A DNA stretch of 64,000 bases, from positions 352,001-416,000 of the forward strand of contig OZ218778.1 of the NCBI GenBank assembly GCA_965112635.1. Direction: 5' to 3'. A program made the position numbers and the translations under genes. Below the pieces are notes generated by a model. It was not told the origin of the DNA and did no database searches. It saw only the letters and a list, made by a program, of their open reading frames with translations. This DNA is from an uncultured bacterium. Its GTDB lineage: Bacteria > Oederibacteriota > Oederibacteriia > Oederibacteriales > Oederibacteriaceae. Numbering within the stretch: the first letter of the stretch is position 1; every line of letters starts with the position of its first letter. Shown here piece after piece: positions 59,054 through 64,000 of this stretch.

Positions 59054-60445
59054 ATGGTCATCATCGACACCAGACTGCAACCTGCTGAGCTTTTACCCAA
59101 GATAAACAAACTCTGGGACCTGTCCGCCGCCAAGATCCTTTCTGTCGAAAAGACCTGCACCCCGGACAAAGGCTCGCCTGTTTTCACGGTCCTGGGCAGA
59201 TACACCGCCCTGAGCTGGACCGAATGGACCCAGGGTTTCCAATTCGGCTCCAGCCTGCTCCAATTTGACGCCACCAACGAGCGAAAATTTTTGGACATCG
59301 GCCGGGAAAAGACCTTTTCTTTGATGTCCAACCACCTGACCCACATGGGCGTCCACGACCACGGCTTCAACAATGTCAGCACCTACGGTAACCTTTGGCG
59401 CCTGATGGCTGAAGGCCGCCTGAAATACGATGCCTATGAAATGGAATTCTACAAACTGGCCTTGAAGTGCAGCGGCGCCGTGCAGGCCCGGCGCTGGAGC
59501 CGGACCGCCGACCCGGGAACCGGGGGTTTCATCTATTCTTTCAACGGGCCGCATTCTCTTTTTTCGGACACCATGCGCACGCTCCGGGCCCTCGCCTTGG
59601 CCCATCTTTTAGGCCAAACTTTGATGGAGGAGAACGACCATAAAATTTCCCTCCTGTTACGCCTGGTCCAGCACGCCAGCACCACGGCCAAATACGCGGT
59701 CTATTACGGCGAAGGCCGGGACGCCTACGACATCCGGGGCCGGGTGGCCCATGAAAGCCTTTTTAATCCCAATGACGGCAACTACCGCTGCGCTTCCACC
59801 CAGCAGGGCTACTCCCCTTTTACCACCTGGACCAGGGGCTTGGCCTGGGTCATGCTGGGTTTCGCTGAACAGCTGGAATTTCTTTCCATCCTGGAGGATA
59901 AGGAACTGAAACCTTTGGGGGGACGCAAAAACATCGAGGCCATGATGCTGAAAGCCTGCCAGGCTTCCTGTGATTTTTACCTGGCCAACACCCCCACGGA
60001 CGGCATTCCCTACTGGGACACCGGCGCTCCCGGTCTTATGCGCCTGGGTAACTACCTGAACAAACCCGCCGAACCTGTCAACCCCTACGAACCGGTGGAC
60101 AGCTCCGCGGCGGCCATTGGGGCCCAGGGCCTTTTACGGCTCGGCCGTTATCTTTCCAAAAAGGGCCGGAAAAAACAGGGACAGACCTACTGGCAGGCTG
60201 GCCTGACCGTGGCCCACACCCTGTTCCAAAAGCCCTATCTATCGACGCAGGCGTCCCACCAGGGCCTCATCCTGCATTCCATCTACCACCGGCCCCGCGG
60301 CTGGGACCATCAGCCCATCAAGAACCTCGCTCCCTACGGTGAATCCAGCATGTGGGGCGACTACCATGCCCGGGAACTGGCGCTCTATATCCAGCGCGCC
60401 GCCAAAAAACAAAAGGACTACACTTTTTTCGGGACAGGAGAATAG
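59054..60445 (+). CDS. GH88-like unsaturated glucuronyl hydrolase
   Basis: WTQGF, HDHGF, WTRGLAW, PYWD, DSSAAAI, WGDY. Confidence 0.82.
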   Translation: MVIIDTRLQPAELLPKINKLWDLSAAKILSVEKTCTPDKGSPVFTVLGRYTALSWTEWTQGFQFGSSLLQFDATNERKFLDIGREKTFSLMSNHLTHMGVHDHGFNNVSTYGNLWRLMAEGRLKYDAYEMEFYKLALKCSGAVQARRWSRTADPGTGGFIYSFNGPHSLFSDTMRTLRALALAHLLGQTLMEENDHKISLLLRLVQHASTTAKYAVYYGEGRDAYDIRGRVAHESLFNPNDGNYRCASTQQGYSPFTTWTRGLAWVMLGFAEQLEFLSILEDKELKPLGGRKNIEAMMLKACQASCDFYLANTPTDGIPYWDTGAPGLMRLGNYLNKPAEPVNPYEPVDSSAAAIGAQGLLRLGRYLSKKGRKKQGQTYWQAGLTVAHTLFQKPYLSTQASHQGLILHSIYHRPRGWDHQPIKNLAPYGESSMWGDYHARELALYIQRAAKKQKDYTFFGTGE

Positions 60446-60446
60446 A

Positions 60447-61220
60447 ATGCAAAAAAAAGTAGCGTTGGTCACCGGGGCCAGCCAGGGGATCGGGCTGGGG
60501 ATAGCCCAAGGCCTGGCCAGGGAAAATTGCGACATCGTTATAGCCGACATCAAAAAAGAAAAGGACGCCGCCGAGGCCCTGGAAGGCCTGATCAGCCTGG
60601 GAGCGGACGTGCTCTATGTCCAGGCCGACATCAGCCGCACCAGGGAGCACGCCAAGATCCTCAAAACCATTGCCAAGGACTTTGGCAGGCTGGATGTTTT
60701 GGTCAACAACGCCGGGGTCTCTCCCAAGGTGCGCGAGGATGTCCTGCAGGCTTCGGAAAAAAGTTTTGACCGCCTGCTCACCGTCAACCTGCGCGGGCCG
60801 TATTTCCTGACCAAGGCCTGCGCCAACTGGATGATCAAACAGAAAAAAGCCGATGCTGACTTTAAAGGCTGCATCATCAACATCTCCTCGGTCTCGTCCT
60901 TTATGGCCTCCGTCAACCGGGGAGACTACTGCCTGTCCAAAGCCGCTGTTTCCATGGCCACCAAGCTCTGGGCCGTGCGTCTGGCTGAACACGCCATCCC
61001 GGTCTACGAGGTCCAGCCCGGCATCATCCGGACGGCCATGACCGCAGGGGTCAAGGATAAATACGACAAGATGATCAAGGAAGGCCTGATGCTCCAGTCC
61101 CGTTGGGGCCTGCCTGAGGATGTGGGTAAGGCCGCGGCTATGCTCGTCCGGGGCGATCTCGCCTACTCCACCGGCCAGGTCATCAGGGTGGACGGCGGCA
61201 TGTCCGTGGAGAGACTGTAA
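60447..61220 (+). CDS. Short-chain dehydrogenase/reductase
   Basis: TGASQGIG, NNAG, YCLSK, PGIIRT. Start moved to ATG 60447. Confidence 0.9.
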   Translation: MQKKVALVTGASQGIGLGIAQGLARENCDIVIADIKKEKDAAEALEGLISLGADVLYVQADISRTREHAKILKTIAKDFGRLDVLVNNAGVSPKVREDVLQASEKSFDRLLTVNLRGPYFLTKACANWMIKQKKADADFKGCIINISSVSSFMASVNRGDYCLSKAAVSMATKLWAVRLAEHAIPVYEVQPGIIRTAMTAGVKDKYDKMIKEGLMLQSRWGLPEDVGKAAAMLVRGDLAYSTGQVIRVDGGMSVERL

Positions 61221-61278
61221 AGGACCACTTTAGATTTCCCCCGAATAAATGGACACCCGCCCGGTAAGCCGCGTGAAT

Positions 61279-62187
61279 TCAGGAAGGACTGTGCTTGGTT
61301 TTGAGGCGGTAGGACTGGGGCGTCATTCCTGTTATTTTTTTGAACGCATGGCAAAAATATCCGGTTGAGGAAAACCCCAGACCATAAGAGATCCGCGTAA
61401 TGTTCAACCCGGTCTGTTCAAGCTGCCTGCAGGCTTCGTCGATACGGCGCCTCTGATAAAACTCCGCGGGAGGGATCCCCGCTTCGGCCTTGAATCTTCT
61501 TTTGAAATGGACGGTGCTCCATCCCAGCCTTTTGGCAATATCGGGTATGGCCAGAGGAGCCTCCAGGCTTGACTCCATGATCTTCATGGCCTCGGAAATC
61601 ATCAGGGAACGCGTAGAATCCTTTTTTTCATTTCCTGCTCTGATAACCGTCATGATGATTTCCAGCAAAGCCGCCCTTGCTTCTACCACCTTCAATTTAC
61701 CGCGAGGCTCTTTGATTTTTTGGAGGAGACTAAGATAAGGTCCAACAATTCTATCCGGCACAGGAAAATGGCGTTTGCGGCGAAGAACATGAAGTGCTTG
61801 GAGGACCATCCCGCCCTCCTGAGGGGATAAATTGAGCCATTCTTTATTTTTTTGGTTCCCCTTAGGCAACAACAACCCAATATTGTAACTTTTATGGGGT
61901 TCTGAAATCTTATTGATCCAGCCATAGTTTTCATTTGGCCAGATAAGATAGGCATGTCCGGCGGGAATAATAAACTTTTCTTTTCCGATCCACCAATGAT
62001 TGATTCCCCTTTCCACATAGCCTATGTCCAGAACATCGCTATGATAGGTTGATAACAATTTATTGGTGGCGTGTTTCACCCAGGTATAGCCGCAGGAAAA
62101 TAGATCGGGAATTTGGGGAAAATGCTTGGAAATATAAGGGTAATAGTACTGTTCCGCAACCGCCTTGTCAGGCACCATGTAGCGCAT
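61279..62187 (-). CDS. AraC-family transcriptional regulator
   Basis: Cupin N-terminus, LGFSSTGYFCHAFKKITGMTP. Confidence 0.9.
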   Translation of the reverse strand: MRYMVPDKAVAEQYYYPYISKHFPQIPDLFSCGYTWVKHATNKLLSTYHSDVLDIGYVERGINHWWIGKEKFIIPAGHAYLIWPNENYGWINKISEPHKSYNIGLLLPKGNQKNKEWLNLSPQEGGMVLQALHVLRRKRHFPVPDRIVGPYLSLLQKIKEPRGKLKVVEARAALLEIIMTVIRAGNEKKDSTRSLMISEAMKIMESSLEAPLAIPDIAKRLGWSTVHFKRRFKAEAGIPPAEFYQRRRIDEACRQLEQTGLNITRISYGLGFSSTGYFCHAFKKITGMTPQSYRLKTKHSPS

Positions 62188-62193
62188 ATGATG

Positions 62194-62224
62194 ATTTTAT
62201 AACCTATACGATAACCTCTGTCAA
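62194..62224 (-). promoter_or_regulatory. Promoter of the AraC gene, probably leaderless
   Basis: TTGACA-N17-TATAAAAT ending about 6 nt before ATG 62187, with no SD. Confidence 0.55.
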
Positions 62225-62346
62225 TAAAACCGTTTTATGCTTTACTTTTTACATCCTTATCTTTCCAATACAGTATAAACACCAGACACCACCTGGTGAC
62301 AAAGTCGCAGCTAGGAAAACAGCGTCTGCTTTACGGAGCATCATTA

Positions 62347-64000
62347 ATGAAAATTTTATCACGCTTCTCTAGGTCCGGGTTTCCGCCAACCATCATGCCG
62401 ATTATTTCCCTGGTCATCCTTCTCACCCTAGCTGCCCTTACTCTGCAGGCCCAATGCACTAATTTTTTGGTAGATGGGAAACCCTCGGAAGTGCCCGATG
62501 GAAATGCCTACGGAGAGCCGGTATTTCCGGAAGCGGGGCCTCAGGGTACGGACTGGATATTCAGCGGAGGTAATGTGACCTTTGACCCTTTTGAGCCCGT
62601 GAGTAATCCCACAGACGGGATGTGGTTCGGCCCGGGCGGGCAAACTCCCAGCTCAGGATATTGGGATTGGAGAGGGCCGGTTGTAGGGAGCATTTTCAGC
62701 GCCTGCGGCGGTGAGATCGATTTTGACCTGCAGTCCAATATAAGCTGGCCTCTCCGGGCGTCCACGGGTCAACAAGATGTTTTTGATGTTACGGATGACG
62801 GCAATAACCAACTGTGGAATTTTACTGTTGACGGTACTTCGGGAACCTCGTTGGTAGTTTATTGGTCAACCGACCAGACCCATAATGGCTGGGCCATTAT
62901 CCCTAATGGAAACCTCCTGTTTGACGCGGGCGGCATTTTGCAGGTAAAAATGACCTGGAACGCCGCAACCCAGACGCAATCCCTGTTCATTAACGGCAAT
63001 CTGATCGCGACGGGGTCTTATGCTGGTAATATGGTGGCCAATCCAGCCTGGGGGGCGAACTCCTTGTTTGTTTTGGGGGCCCAAGCGGCCGGAGGAGAAG
63101 GATACTTCTCCTCCGTGGACCAGAGCATCGCTGATTTTCAGGTCACCACAGCTTCCGGCTGCCCCTGCGCCCCTACCAGCACCCCTACTCAGACCATTAC
63201 CCCCACCACCCCCACGGAAACGCCTACCCCTCTCCCGACCGCCGTATCGATGTGCACCAATATGCCAACGGCCTTTTGCAATCCCACGAGCGGCAACCTT
63301 AAGTATGTAGTGGATGATAACGCAGATTTTTATTTGAACGGCAACCTGATCAGCTCCCAGGTCTCTGGATTCGCGATGATTACCACCTACAACTTAACCC
63401 CGGCCGATTTGGCCCTTTTGCAGACCGGAGTCAACATCCTGGGGGTCTATGGCCAGGATATTTTCAACGACCTCTCCGCTGTTTCTTGGGTCCTCACCCT
63501 TAACTACACAAATTGCGCCACCCAATACATCTCTTCCTCCTCCGGCAGCTTCATCAAAGATACCTATGTGGGGAATTACTATGGGACGCCCCCGCTTGTT
63601 TTTCCTCCGGGATGGAACACGGTCGGGTTCGATGATTCGGCCTGGTCCATGGATAACTATTTTGAAACCTCCTGTTATGGAGGGTGCGGGGAGTGCTGTA
63701 CCCTATGGGCGACCATCCCTAACCCCGCGACCGGCGGGACCACCGTAGTGCCTTTTACGGAAGGAAGGGGCTATTTCCCCGACCATGTGCAAGGAGATGG
63801 TTATTTATATAGGGAATATTTCTATTTGGGAAATCCGGTCCAGCCTTGCAATACTACCGGCACGCCGACATTGACCGCGACCATCTCGCCGACCAGAACG
63901 GACACCGGGACAGCCACCCCGACCGCGACCATCACGGCTACTCGCACCGTGACCAACACCGGCACTACCACTTATACGGCGTCATCCACAGCGACTATCA
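62347..64000 (+). CDS. Secreted modular protein truncated at the window end: shared beta domain, Thr linker, DD..YLNG/FDDS.W domain, Thr stalk
   Basis: Not in the ORF track because it has no stop in the window. MKILSRFS...LQAQCTNFLVDGKPSEVPDGN...VTFDPFEP, in frame with KYVVDDNADFYLNG at 63301. Confidence 0.85.
   Translation, partial: MKILSRFSRSGFPPTIMPIISLVILLTLAALTLQAQCTNFLVDGKPSEVPDGNAYGEPVFPEAGPQGTDWIFSGGNVTFDPFEPVSNPTDGMWFGPGGQTPSSGYWDWRGPVVGSIFSACGGEIDFDLQSNISWPLRASTGQQDVFDVTDDGNNQLWNFTVDGTSGTSLVVYWSTDQTHNGWAIIPNGNLLFDAGGILQVKMTWNAATQTQSLFINGNLIATGSYAGNMVANPAWGANSLFVLGAQAAGGEGYFSSVDQSIADFQVTTASGCPCAPTSTPTQTITPTTPTETPTPLPTAVSMCTNMPTAFCNPTSGNLKYVVDDNADFYLNGNLISSQVSGFAMITTYNLTPADLALLQTGVNILGVYGQDIFNDLSAVSWVLTLNYTNCATQYISSSSGSFIKDTYVGNYYGTPPLVFPPGWNTVGFDDSAWSMDNYFETSCYGGCGECCTLWATIPNPATGGTTVVPFTEGRGYFPDHVQGDGYLYREYFYLGNPVQPCNTTGTPTLTATISPTRTDTGTATPTATITATRTVTNTGTTTYTASSTATI

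Noticed and set aside
62283-62330. Possible riboswitch (c-di-GMP-like) before the 62347 gene
   Set aside because: Some pairing is present (CAGAC/GTCTG, GTGAC-AAA-GTCGC), but there are no convincing class motifs or terminator.

Overview
64 kb of bacterial chromosome, probably a diderm anaerobe (type IV pilus genes, Tat, a predicted outer-membrane beta-barrel, Fe-S/DUF362 genes). The housekeeping blocks are pilT-pilC-pilD with aroE, tatAC, a Cys/Met cluster (rrf2-cysK-metY-msrAB-metX-metW), an acyl-CoA trio and kdpFABCDE. Accessory features are as follows. (1) Four large secreted modular proteins share a Cys-bounded ~230-aa domain (three of four), long T-x-T-x stalks and YPNP-type C-terminal domains resembling T9SS/FlgD-Ig sorting domains. 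Two of them sit head-to-head with AraC regulators near carbohydrate-catabolic genes. (2) Three orphaned 3' gene ends lie downstream of inserted genes, suggesting repeated gene replacement. (3) An APC permease is fused to a PII domain and lies behind an ANTAR-type dual-hairpin attenuator plus a second variant attenuator. (4) A shared 16-bp box links the kdp operon to a predicted outer-membrane protein, and three tiny membrane ORFs precede kdpA. (5) Smaller items are a fluoride riboswitch, an IS200/IS605-like end relic, a PIN toxin module, a probable ATT start codon and a homopolymer frameshift. I saw no rRNA, tRNA or CRISPR array. All calls come from reading motifs by eye, and no database searches were run.
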